Shown: positions 22,526 through 34,670 of the stretch, in pieces
How positions within the stretch are numbered: position 1 is the stretch's first letter
How the letters are laid out: each line of letters begins with the position of its first letter
Origin: Botryllus schlosseri
Taxonomy: Eukaryota
Assembly: GCA_051294905.1 (NCBI GenBank)
Contig: CM119373.1
Span: forward strand, 1,054,001 to 1,118,000
DNA: 64,000 nucleotides
Direction of reading: 5' to 3'
The notes under the pieces: generated by a model
Database searches by the model: none
Seen by the model: only the letters and a program-made list of their open reading frames with translations
What the model was told of the DNA's origin: nothing
Position numbers and translations under genes: made by a program

Positions 22526-25500
22526 CTTAGAGACCTGCGTAAGCCGGACCCTGGGGTTCCATGCTCGCTGCAGGATGCGGCCCCTCCACTTCTGGCGGTA
22601 AAGAACGGGCGAAGTTGGCTTAGTGCTGACGAATGAGGGAGTTGATACACCCCTCGATGCAGGAATCAGACAAGGGACAAGCCGGAGGCTGCTATAGCTC
22701 CACAAACGTAAATGCCTCGTGATAGGGCCGGCCTTCCAGAGGACCGGCGCCCTGGGAGGGCGAGCTTACCCGGTGCACTGCTGACGGTGAGACTCGGCTG
22801 ATAGTGACCCTACACCAGTCAGCACCATGAGGTGCATCGGAGACCCCCCCAAGGCAAGGAAAGGAAGCCTATAGTGGCCCAGATGCGATCGTACAGTGAG
22901 CGAGCATGGCGGCGGTGTGGCTTGAAGGGATCACTGGCAGGTCGCCGTTTGGTGATGATCGCCTACCCTTGGTCCCCGTGTTAACGTACGTGCGCTCCAT
23001 AAGGACGCCGCAGCCTGACTACTAGCATCGTCCTTGGGCCGAACCAAACGTCTCTAGGTCCGCCCTCTAACACCCAGTGTTAGGACCCGAAGGTAGGGCC
23101 TCGGTAGCCCCCCTTAGCAAACTGTTGCTTAAATTGGGTAGTTCCTCTGCCTAGTAGTCCCTGCCCCTCGGCTTGAGTCCCGGCTAACACCGGTTCACTG
23201 TTGCGGAAGGGAGGGTTCTGCCTGGAACGCCCTGTAGTCAAAGGAAGGAGAGCCCGCCCAAACTCCTGAGACCTCCCCCAACCTATCTGCCCAAGGGCCG
23301 ACCTAGTTCCGGTAGCCCCCACTCACTGCGAAAGGTCCGCAAGGGGTGGGTCCCTGGTCCCAAGGTGCGGGCCACTAGGGGTAGATGGCTGTCCCCGCTG
23401 ATCGTCTCCTGACGCTGGTTTCTTACCGAGTATTCTCTCTTTGCAGTGCTCTAGCTAGTTGTATCTGTGACTGTGAGACTATTCAAAGACGTGAAAGCGA
23501 AGTTCAGCAAAGAGGAAGTACAGCGTGAGATCAAGAAGACTAGAATGGCCGACGAGACTCCAGGGAGCTGTACCCCAGGCGGTGGATCTCGAGATAGATT
23601 CCCGTGTGGAACCTGCGGCCGATCATTCAGTTCGCCCCAAGGCAGAGGGCAACACCGTAAACGGAGCCACTCGGTGGCGTTTGCGGCTGAAGCGATTGCG
23701 AAGATCGCGACCAAAAGGCGGCAGTGGTGCCTGGAAGAGGAGCGAGTTCTGGCCGGTGCCGAGCTGCACCTCAAATCTTCTGGTAGGAAGATTGACTACA
23801 AAATCTTCGAGAGGGCTCTCAACTTTGAGCGGGGCATCGAGGCCATCCGGTGTCATCGTAAGAATGCAAAGTACAGGGAACTTGTGCTGAGACTAGAATC
23901 CGAGGCGGCCAACAGCTCGGTGGCAAATGACCATAGCCCAGCGGAAAGGGATGCGGCAAATGGACCCCTTCCCCAAGGGCACCTTCAGCAAGGGCCCGCA
24001 AGTTCGGACTGGCTCGGAGCGGCAAATGGGCCGAGTTATCCTAGCCCCCTTGAGGAAGGGGCGACTGTGCGAGGGGTATTGGGAGCGGCAAATGGGCCTA
24101 ATCACCCCGGGACATACAGTGCGGCTGAGGGGCTCGTCTGTCCTTATCCCGAGGGTAGCGGGATACCATCATCCACGAGTACCGGGGCGGCCAACGGACC
24201 GGATACTCAAGACCCCGTGGCCGGGGCGACAATGGTCTCGTTTAGTCGGGCGACGGGAGACGGAGAATCCCAGAGCCAGTACAGACCGGCCGAAGCTCGA
24301 GATATCTGGGACGAACGTCTACTTGAGACCCTATCCCCGCTGGAGCCTCGGGATCATTTGGATTCCTTGGACCCTGGAGAGGAAGGCTTCCTAGATCAGT
24401 TAATTGCTGAACGCTCCTTGGGGGCGGCCTTGGCGGAAGCACTAATGGCGCACGCTGGAGGTCTAGTGGACCGCCTCGGGATCAGCACGCCATCGAACTC
24501 CTGGACTGTCAGGAAACCCCCTCGTGGGGGATTCCGATCGGAGCGATCCCTACGGAGGGATAGGTATGCGGTGGTACAACGTCTGTACGCCAAGTCTAGG
24601 AAGTCGTGCGCGAGCTTAGTCCTGGGGGGGGGGTAGTTGGCGGAGTTCGGGGGCCCTCGGGCAACCGTCCCGGTCAGAGATGATCGCCTTCTGGCGCAGG
24701 ATAATGAGTGTCGAGGCTGGAGCGGATAATAGACAGGCGACCCCGAAAGGGCCCGTCGACTGGGATCTGTTATCCGGGGTGACAGCAGAGGAGGTGACCT
24801 GTGCTTTGCGAACCTCTCGCCCTTCGGCCGCAGGCCCGGATGGGATGACACTCGGATGCGTCAAGAAACTATCCGTAAACTACTTGGTCAAGCTATTCAA
24901 CGTATGGATCCTGAACCGTGCCCTGCCTTTGCCGCTTCGCTCAGCCCGAACCGTGTTGGTTCCAAAAGTCAATAGCCCAAAGTCACCGGCGAGTACCGGC
25001 CGATTACCATCGGTCCGGTGCTGGTTCGGGTGTTCCACAAGCTGTTGGCTAAGCGACTCAGCATGAGCTTTAGGCTTAATCCCATGCAGCGGGCTTTTCT
25101 CCCTACTGACGGCTGCGCGGAAAATGTGACGCTGCTTGACGCGATGATCACTCAGGCCAAGGTCAAGGGGTTCAACCTGTGTGTTGTCTTTCTCGACCTG
25201 AGGAAGGCGTTCGATTCCGTCAAGCACGACAGCATTCTAAGGGCGGCCAGACGGATGGGAGTTCCGGAGCCCCTCGTGGAGTACATAAGCAGCTGCTATG
25301 AGGGGGCAGCGACCGATCTTTACGGGGAGCGCATTGTCGTCACGCGAGGTGTTCGGCAGGGCGACCCCCTATCGCCGGTGTTGTTCAACGCGGTGATCGA
25401 CGAGGCCTTGTGTAGTCTAGAGCCTATTGGTCCGACCGTCGAGGGTCACCTGGTCAGTGCTTTAGGGTTCGCTGATGACGTCGCGCTAATGACTGAGACC

Positions 25501-27378
25501 GAGCTGGGCATGTGTGTGCAGTTGAAGCGATTCTTCGACGCCCTTGCCCCGACCGGCCTGGAAGCAAACGCGGCCAAATGCAGGTCCCTTCTTATCCGTG
25601 CAGACGGTAGGCGAAAGCGGAGTTGTGTAGGTGTGGCAGCTGCGTTGCGGATTTCTGGAGCGCCGGTCCCTTCACTGGGTCCGGACGAAGGCTTCCGTTA
25701 CCTGGGGCTGGAGGTGGGCGCGGGCGGATGCCGGGCACCCCTGGGGGATACTCTCCGCCGGGGTCTGCGCGAGCTGTCCGAGGTTCCCCTGAAGCCCCAA
25801 CAGAAGCTATACTTGTTACGCAACCATCTGATTCCCAAGTTGATCTACGGTGGTTCCATAGGGAGGCTCACGCACGGGATGCTGGCGACGTATGACACCG
25901 AGGTACGAGGATATGTGAGGAAATGGCTCCATCTTCCGAAGGACACGCCGGTGGCCTTATTCATGCCGACGTCACTGATGGTGGTCTCGGAGTGCCCTCC
26001 CTGGCGTCTCGACTTGTCCTCTTGCAGCGAGCGCGTCTTACCCGGATGAAGGACTCCAGCGAACCTTTAGTGTGCACTAGGGCATGGTCAGTTCGTGTCG
26101 AAGGTGCTCACAAGGCTCGGTCAGCCTAAGGTTCAAGGGATTGGGGTCGATGCCTTGGACGACGAGAAGTCGGAGTACGCCAGGTCGCTATACCGTTCGC
26201 TCGACGGCAAGGGCCTGGCGGAGGCGCGAGAAGTCCCGGCGGTTCACCGATGGGTAACGGACGGCACGAAGTTGCTCAGCGGTCGCGGGTTCATCGGAAG
26301 CGATCAAGATCCGTGGTAACTTGGTAAAGTCCCGTGCGAGAGGCGCCAGGGGAAGAAATGATGTGGACCCAGGGTGCCCTGCTACCGGGTGCAGGTCTAT
26401 TGGAAGCTGGGAGACGCTGTCTCATATAAGTCAGACCTGCCCCGAGAGTTATCACCTTCGGATAAAGCGTCATAACGCGGTCCTGAAGATTTTGACCGAG
26501 ACAATCAAGAGGTCCGGGTTTCGGACGCTTACGGAACCCCGCATCCGCCTGCCCAGCGGACTGCACATCCCTGACCTCATCTGCTGGAAGAAGGAGGGCC
26601 GAGTAGCGTGGACAGTCGACGTCCAGGTTGTTTCGGACTTTGGCATCACTTCCCTGAGTGCTGCGCACCAGAGAAAGGTTGCCAAGTACGACAAGCCGCG
26701 TATCCGTAACTGGACCCGGGGGAGGACCGGAAGACCCTCGGTGCGGGTGACCTCAGCAACGCTCTCGTGGCGGGGCTGCTGGTCGGCCGACTCCGTGTGC
26801 GACTTGAAGCGCCTCGGGATTACGAACAGGACGCTGGTCGTGTCCGCACTGCGCGCGCTCAGCGAAACCAACTGGATGGTGGTGAACCGGTTCCGCACGG
26901 GGAGATTTCCCGGGTGAAGGCCCCCTCGGGTGCGGGCAGGTAAGCAGACGGAAGAGCGAGTATTTCAGAAGTTTCTTCTCGGTATCGTGAGGTCCGGGCC
27001 TAGCGCGGCTAGGGACGCATTGGAGCTGTGAGAGTGCTGGAGTATGACTGGTTAACGCTGGTGGCAGGACTGTGACTGGCCTCCGGGCACAGACCCAAGG
27101 GAGCCGGAACGTCGGTGTAACGAGGTGGATCATCGGCATCGCCGTGCAGGAGTCCGTCAGAAGTCATCCAAGCACAACCTGAAACTCAGGCAATAAGCAA
27201 GTCGTCATGGTAGCCGCCTCTCCTTGAGGTGGGGCACCCTTCGACTTCACATTTCCTACTCGAACTTCCTGAGCGAACTGCCCGAGCCGGGGGACGCCGA
27301 TGTACCCGGACTTCAGATGTTAGGGCCAGCAGAGCCCCCTGATGGCGCGAGGCATCGGAACAGCCGCCTGGGGGTGCC
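22526..27378 (+). mobile_element. R2 non-LTR retrotransposon (one zinc finger + Myb, R2-D type); 5' end complete, 3' end apparently missing
   Basis: Starts at the 28S target. C2H2 CGTCGRSFSSPQGRGQHRKRSH; Myb RRQWCLEEERVL; RT QGDPLSP and GFADD; CCHC C..C...ETLSHISQTC; RLE RHN...PDL. No poly(A) or downstream TAGCCAAATG found. The right boundary is approximate. Confidence 0.93.
23467..26917 (+). pseudogene. R2 ORF (ZnF-Myb-RT-CCHC-RLE) broken by about five single-base frameshifts
   Basis: Pieces 23467-24636, 24680-25066, 25018-26049, 25923-26129, 26095-26319 and 26321-26917 join into one protein. First ATG at 23545. No in-frame nonsense codons noticed other than those caused by the shifts. Confidence 0.88.
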
Positions 27379-27379
27379 A

Positions 27380-27758
27380 TTCTTGCCTTAACATTATATA
27401 AGACATGCCTCTTCATTTCAGCAGCAACAATGCCACTGAAAAAAACATCTGTCGCAATGTTGAATGCTGAACACGCCTTGACCTTAAATGCGGAAACCAT
27501 AGCTTTTCCTTTTTCAATAGCTTTTACGTCTCCAACTATCCTTTCTCTTTCGTATCTCATAATAAAATAGTTTTCCACGTGTTTTGTTGTAATTTTTGGT
27601 AAAAAGTCCGTTTCTGCTACGCTCTGATAACCATCCTTGGGCCAAACAAATGATTGAGTGGTCTTTTGTTTCGCAGATGTTGACTGGCTGGTAGTGTGAA
27701 ACTGAAAATTGCAGTTTCTGTCATATGCGTCGAGTCTGCAAATCAAAAACGATAGCAA
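27380..27758 (-). pseudogene. Fragment of a SWIM-associated protein of the kind carried by Kolobok-like transposons
   Basis: FLPKITTKHVENYF...KAIEKGKAMV...FFSGIVAAEMKRHVLYNVK resembles the region just before the SWIM finger in SWIM/YqaJ proteins. It is cut by the R2 3' region before the finger. Confidence 0.45.
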
Positions 27759-27933
27759 TCAGGGTAATTAGGAAATATTTGTAGCCCTAGTATGAGCATC
27801 AGTATTAGTGTTAAGAATTTCATCATTTCAAAACACCACAAGACCGCGACACAGTTTGGAGTATTTTTTTAAATTAGACACCAACCTGGAAGGTCCAGTG
27901 GACTTAGGTCTGGTAAAGAGGAGGCATGCACTA

Positions 27934-28425
27934 TAGATAACTAACCTACGGATAGATATACAACACCAGTCGTCACGCTTGCTTGCTCGGAGCAAAATAC
28001 TGCTCAACAATCTAAACGCAACGTGATTGCCAATCCCATAGCTGACGACCCGAGCGCTCAAATTTAATAAAGTTGGTCTTATTTGAAATCTACTGTCGCA
28101 CTGATTCTGAATATGTACGTTACGTCGTTACAGTCTCATGAGGACTATGGAACCACCTCGAAATACACCGCAAATTTTGAAAATCGGCATTGTTCTGAAC
28201 AATGGCACCCATGCAAGGGACATTGTTATGGCCATTGTGGTGCGTCGCTGCGATTGTTTAGAACAATGCCGATTTTCAGACTTTGCGGTGTATTTCGAGG
28301 CTGTTCCGTCGTCCTGATCTGATTTTAATGTATATTTTCGGAATCAGTGCCTTTACAGTAGCTTTCAAATAAGACCAACTTTATTTGATTTGAGCGCTCG
28401 GGTCGTCAGCTGTAGGATTGGCAAT
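27934..28425. repeat. Palindromic foldback element; right arm truncated
   Basis: 28026-28120 is the imperfect reverse complement of 28328-28425. The inner aaaatcggcattgttctgaacaat pairs with tttagaacaatgccgattttc. Centre at about 28230. Confidence 0.85.
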
Positions 28426-28674
28426 AGGCCTTTTGCAGGACTTCGATCACGTGACTAGATACGCATAGCAACAACAAATTGGTTAGCAAGCTACTTTCTC
28501 GCGCACCTGCTTCAGTGCTAAATATCGCATAGTGTACTGTTGATTTCTGAATAAGCAAAAGTGATATGACTAGTCGAAATTCTGCGACAGCCCGAGGGCG
28601 CCTCACACATCCTACGACTCTCATCTCTTCAGATAGTCGAATTGGAGATGCAAACAAGATTAAAGAACGAACAA

Positions 28675-29105
28675 AATATAATAAAAGAACTCAAATATAA
28701 GACAAAGACAAATTTATTCAAGTAAAATATATAAAAATACAAGACAATTCAAAACAGCGGTTTTGAAAATGACCAAGCAAAACCTGGCAAAAATTGGTAT
28801 TTCAACATCAAAAACGAATGAATCATAATAAAAGAACTGAAATATGAGACAAAGATAAAGTAGAAACAAAGACAAAGTTATTCAAGTAAAATATACAAAA
28901 TACGAAAATACCAAGTCAATACAAAACAGCAGTTTTGAAAATGACCAAGCAAAACCTGGCAAAAATAGGTATTTCAACATCAAAAACGAGAGAAATATAA
29001 TAGAAGAACTCCAATATAAGAAAAAGTGGAGACAAAGACACAAAAATATTCAAGTAAAAAATCCAAGCACAAACGCGCAAAAACTGATATTTCAACATCA
29101 AAAAA
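28675..29105. repeat. A-rich degenerate tandem repeat, about 2.7 units of 150-175 bp
   Basis: ttttgaaaatgaccaagcaaaacctggcaaaaat occurs twice; tatttcaacatcaaaaa and ttcaagtaaaa occur three times. Confidence 0.8.
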
Positions 29106-30699
29106 CTGGTGACGGAGATATGTCGATCTTCGTACTGGGGTGGTGGGGTGATGGGTAATCAAGTTTGGCAACTTGTGCCCTAGAGTCTTAACCCTGAGCT
29201 TCATGAAACTAGACACGGTTTTGAATTAATTTTATTAAGACAGCTTTCCACAGTCAGATAGTGTATTGGTGTAGGCCTAATCCACAGCTGCAACATCAAT
29301 GGGTTGCGGGTACGAGTCTGACCGAGGTAGACTCCAGAATCTCTACCTAAGTGTTGGAGGTTTATCCAGGCTCCTCCTCGCCATCTCATCTATGTAAGCG
29401 GCGTCTTATAAAAGCCTAGAAGTGGGCCGTGCTACAAGTCGGCAGATACGGGATAAACATGAAAAGTGGCCAGGTGTAAATGACTATAGTAGTGGACAAA
29501 CACCGTGAATACCTCAAAACAAACAGCCTAGGCTTAAAGGGGGCGGTATTAATAGGCAGTGGGTGTTTGTCACAAACTGTTTTCAACAACTTCAGAATTG
29601 ATTCCCAGAGCAGGTTCATCTCGTATGAAGACTGAGGCCATGTTTTCATGAGAAGCGTGCGGAATCGGGCCTTGTTCCTAAACTTCAACCTCACTGGAGA
29701 TTTGTTACGTGTTCGTTACCGCTCTCGATACTCATTTTCTCTCATTTATAGAGCGTTCGCACTGAGAAAGTTGTCATTCGCTACGCTATCGATTACAATT
29801 CATGACATGAACGTCACACGATCATAGCGTCCTGTTATCACACTTGTTAAAACTACCTATCTAGGTGGTTAACGGTCAACCAAGCACTGGTTTTTGAGCA
29901 GTTCCAGTTCACCGAACAATTGGAACACATGTTTTTGTTTTGCGTAAATCAAGGCACCCATATGCTGTTGCGTGATGATCTTGTCGCCATCGCATGCACT
30001 AGCCATCACTAATACCAGTGGTGTAGCCAGCGGGTGGGTTTTCAGGGGTCAAAAGCGCTCCCATTTCGAAGTTGTATTGATCGGTCACATTCCGAGAAAA
30101 TAGCCGAAACAAAATACATGCTTTTCTAAGGACCAAGTGAAGTGCAAACATGATTGCACTGGTCGTTAACGTATTTGTCATTGTGTGACGAGATCTCGCC
30201 ATCGCGATCAACTAGGACAGTCTCGCCATCGCGATCAACTAGGACAGACCCACAAGGATGTTAAAGTACGCCGCATTACATGGTGATTTGCTTCAAATCA
30301 CCCTATTCAGCCTTTGAAGCATTGACTAGTATCGCTTGAGTCAGTACGGTCGTACCAAACACGGCGTCAATGAAAACAGGGCCTTAGAACAGTCGCTCCC
30401 AACATTGAGATCTGTAATCCACAGTGGTAGGGTTACCATACACCCTTTTTTAGTTGCGAGTGTGCAATCGCCCAGCAGCCAAATCTATAAAGGAGGATGA
30501 ATTGCCAATTTTCGATTTATTGAAATGGATGGACAAATCCTCCTAAAGTAGGACGTATGTACAATTGTACATAGTGGGGCATGTAACCTGAGTTTCGCAA
30601 AGTAAAGTGCAGCTGAGCTCCGCGTCGTATGCCCGAACTGAATCGAAGGACGCTGTTCCACTTTGGTTCACTTATTCTTTGTTGATGACATTACAGATA

Positions 30700-33116
30700 C
30701 TTCATGGCGTGCATTGATACATTTCCCGAGACTTGTTTAGTCACTCCACTTTTTCGCAAAGATGGCAATCATCCCCGAGCAGGTTTAAATGCAACGGGTC
30801 AACGCCTTCTGAAACTAATCAAGTGCAACGATCTCTCACATGATGGTAGAGAAATTATCGGCCGACATCGCCTCGTCTGACACAGCCTTAACTGGAGGCG
30901 GCAGACCGGCATCTCCAGAGGAGCCATTGGCAGAGAAGACCTGTGGTACAGCAGTAATTATAAATTTATTAGATTCTTATGGATTTTATTTAAATGATTT
31001 TGCAGGCATAATTCAGGCTCAAATTGAACCAAATGATAATCCCTTCGACGATGACGCCATTTTGAACCAGTCATACAATTCTAACCTATCGGTTCAGAGT
31101 ACTGATAGTAAGTAATCTGAAAATCACGCCCAATTTCTATATGCGCAAGCCTATATCTTTTTCAGAATTCTCTCCGATTCAGACGTCGAAATATGCCTTA
31201 CCAGCACAAGGTAATCATCGCATTTCTATGATACGTCTCCAATTCCAACTATTTCTTCATTTATTCGATACTTAAGTCGTCGCGACATCTTCGATTGAGG
31301 GTATGATATTCGACAAATTGTTTATTATCAAATCACGAAACTCTGAAGGAAACACATTAACAATTGAAGTAATTCTAGGTTGTTGAATTTAGCTAAAATG
31401 CTGTTCCACCAATAGCTGACGAAGGGCTCTGCCTGCAGTAGTGCTTCCACCTGACACAAATCCGGCGATATCATTCTCGACTTGGTAATGCGGCACTGAT
31501 ATTGACGTGTTCACAGTCACATTGTGTAGACATGCTGCCATGACAATTATTACCAGCGTGTATTATCGAGTCGCGCACACATTGGGTTCGACAAGCAAAA
31601 GAAACGTTGTTCAAGTACACCGAACGCTCGTTCGATCTTTATCCGGGCTCCGATTAATGCGTGGTTATACCTCGCTTCAGCCTGATTTGATGGGTTTATT
31701 ATTGGTGTCATCAAGTTTGGGAGGCAAGGGTAACCACTGTCACCAACTAACAACCCATCAGTTGTTTCCATTGATGCACACAGGGTCGAAGAAGAGTAAA
31801 TTCTTGAATCGTGTGTTGATCCCGGCCAACGACACACGACGTGAGTGAATCTCATATTAAAATCACAAACGAGCTGCACATTTATTAAGAAAAATCTCTG
31901 CATTATCCCCGCCTGGAGATAGTATCTTCACATGGGTCCCATCAGCAAGTCCGAGTATCTACACATGGGTCCCATCAGCAAGTCCGATAACTCCTGGGAA
32001 TCCATGTTTATTATAAAATTTCATTTTTTGGCCCATTAAGCTACTTGGATCCGTTGGAAACTTCATGAAATGTGCCTTCCTTTTTGCAATCACCCGTACC
32101 ACATTATGGACGATGCGACATGTTGTTGCTTGATGCATATTCATCAAGTCCCCGTCTGTGGTTTGAAAATTTCCCGTGGCGAAAAATCTCAAATCCGTGA
32201 TCACACGAATATGCATCGGGAACGGGTTGTTTCTGTAGGCCCCGAGCAATATCATTTTTTATCATATTTATCAGATCGATTACTTGAAGTTTTGAAAGCC
32301 GAAATCTTCCAACAAATTTGTCACAATTCCATTTCCTAAATGGGTCGTCGAATTTCCAAATTCTGCAGCCGCTCCAGATATACAAGATAGGCATCCATGC
32401 GACTTATTCTAACTGAAATTGTCGTGCAATATATAACGATGTGACAGGTGAGCATAAAAATTGGGTTTCGGTCATTTCTTTACAACTGCTTCAACTATGA
32501 TACAAAGTATGAATGGCATTTTAGCGAATTTATTTAGGGGGATTTTTCGAAATTTGTGTTATACTCATCAATCAGATGAATCGAGGGGTGAGATGCTGCT
32601 CCAGATGGCATGTAAAGAGCATGGAGCCAGGTTCGACTATTTACAGGAGAAAATTCGATGCACGAAGCGGAAACTAGCGCGTGATGAAGAAGTTCTGAAA
32701 AAAAACAGAGCCGTCTGTTAGAAATACAGATAGAGCAGAGGTAACGGAACGGATAGTGTACCGCAAGTCGTCTTACTATTACTCGTTTTTATTCAAATTT
32801 GAAGAATCATTCATCCAAATGAGAAGCTGGAGTCAATCAAAGCATAAACTTTTGCGGTTTTGTTTTTAATATAGCACCCAACAGCCTGTGTATCGTACTC
32901 ATGGTAGCCATTGTTTTTAAACTTCGTAACAATCAGAAATTAGGCAAGAGTTTTGATGCATGGCTAGAATTGAGCAGATGAACATTCGGAGCAAGGTCAT
33001 TTGAACATTTCATACGCGACAATGGTGCAAAGCGATCTACAATGATCTTGATCATTGATCACGGTTACGCAGGCCACGATCAACTAACTCTGGGCTGACA
33101 ATGGTGTATAAGGCCC
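30700..33116 (-). mobile_element. Degenerate autonomous PIF/Harbinger element (one terminus found)
   Basis: Transposase on the minus strand and a convergent Myb/SANT-like remnant on the plus strand (ALTGGGRPASPEEPLAEK, 30840-31115). Right terminus ...GGTGTATAAGGCCC|TTA at 33116. Left terminus not found, so the start is approximate. Confidence 0.7.
31480..32394 (-). pseudogene. HARBI1-like DDE transposase, frameshifted
   Basis: RFRLSK, FATGNFQ, FPGVIGLADGTHV, WPGSTHDSR, GDSGY, IERAFGVL and AACLHN. A 33-bp tandem duplication lies at about 31930-31988. Confidence 0.9.
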
Positions 33117-34149
33117 TTAGTTGAACATATCAAATAGCCAACACATTGATGATACTCAATTTGCGAGTATCTCTAACTCACTAAATTCTTGGAACATGCA
33201 CCAGAGCTGTCAGGAGTTCTAGATAGCACCCTTGAGACTAATAATAATTCTATACCGCCCATAGATAGGGTCACACATTGCAACATACGCCAGACTAATG
33301 TGGGCTCGAAAATGAGCATTGGCTCTCATCACCTGTACCGTCAACTTTCTCAGTCCGGATGACTTCTACATACATACACTACGGAAGCGCGAAGTATTAG
33401 AGAAATGTTGATCAAGCACAGTTACTACTAAAGATCTTGCCAAGTTCACATTTTGAATTAGGTGGTTGCTCCGCTACAGGCTACAAAAGCAAGCTGGATG
33501 ACGGGTTATCCTCAAAACAACCTATTAAGGAGAGGAGAGATCTAAAATTATCAAAATTCGCTGTGAAATCAGATGTAGTTGAAGCATGACAGTTTTGCAG
33601 GCTGCTAAACGTGTGACTCCTATAAATTCCTATGACCCAGATATTCATCAAAAATTCGCTGTGAAATCAGATGTAGTTGAAGCATGACAGTTTTGCAGGC
33701 TGCTAAACGTGTGACTCCTATAAATTCCTATGACCTTAATTACTATACGATGCCTTGCTGCTAGTGATACCTCTTATGGCCTTTTCACATGCACTTTCAT
33801 CTTCTATGACAGCAGAATCTTGAGTGTTGATTTGAATAATGAATCGAAAAAGCAAGACCAAAATCATTTGATGTTACCAAGAGTAGTACTGGACAAAAAG
33901 TTGCTCCATCAAAGACGTCCGTGGTTGGTGGTTATCCAACTACATCATTACACCAGTCATGAGTTATTTCATGAATCTCATTTGGGACGAGGCCTGAAGG
34001 TAAAGGTGCTATTACAATATGCACGTAAGTGATATGCAAATTGTAGCAGGATTAATATATGCCGATGAACTATTAGCGTATATAAGCTAATGTATGAGAC
34101 AGCTGTGGGATGTGCGCTAAAATATAGGCTACTCACTCATAATTATGAC

Positions 34150-34480
34150 TTAAATCAGTAATTTCCGGCACACCACCACCAGTCTTTCTTTCTTTGCTTT
34201 CTTTTTAAAACGTTATACTCGCTGCGAGCCTTTGTTTTCATGTTTTTCAAACAATTTTTAACTTGAAGGCCTGTTCTTTTCACTCCGACTCCCGCACTAT
34301 TCAACTTATCTTTTATTAAATTCCATCTTTTATCTTTTCTTTTATCTTTTTCTGCGACTGAGACTTCGTCGGTTTTTTCGATATTGCAGAAGCGTGCAAA
34401 ATAAGAAGGTCAGTAACTATATCCTTCTCTGCCCCCGTGGAATTCAAACTTCTTGTCTTTTTATTAATGTCTTTCAGAGT
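34150..34480 (-). pseudogene. Myb/SANT-like DNA-binding domain (Harbinger accessory type), frameshifted
   Basis: KTRSLNSTGAEKDIVTDLL.LH...KK...KRWNLIKDKLN....KRTGLQVKNCLKNMKTKAR...TGGG follows the Myb_DNA-bind_5 pattern. Confidence 0.65.
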
Positions 34481-34670
34481 TATTGTCGAATTGCTAGCAA
34501 CCAGTAAGGTATGGTTATATTATTTATTATTTTTGGATTATGGACAAGATTTTTCGGATTTGCAGGGATATTTGGATGAGATTGAGGAGCAATCCTCCTA
34601 ATATCACAAAATCCAAGTGGGATGCTAGCAACCCCAACAGATTGTTTAGTGGTATGGACGGTTATGAATG

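Noticed and set aside
22276-22650. 124-aa minus-strand ORF containing KRVIVTPAVYPRLVEFLHFDIQST
   Set aside because: This is the antisense translation of 28S rDNA fused to neighbouring TE sequence, not a gene.
22626-22660. CTGACGA followed by a GAGGG/CCCTC stem, resembling a hammerhead ribozyme core
   Set aside because: The required GAAA after stem II is absent (GATG instead), and stems I and III could not be built.
30319-30333. GGGCCTTA as the missing left TIR of the Harbinger element
   Set aside because: Only 8-9 bp match the right TIR, and the flank (ACA) does not match TTA.
33200-33740. GIYRS-containing minus-strand frame as a LINE endonuclease remnant
   Set aside because: The other APE motifs (GDFN, SDH) were not found.
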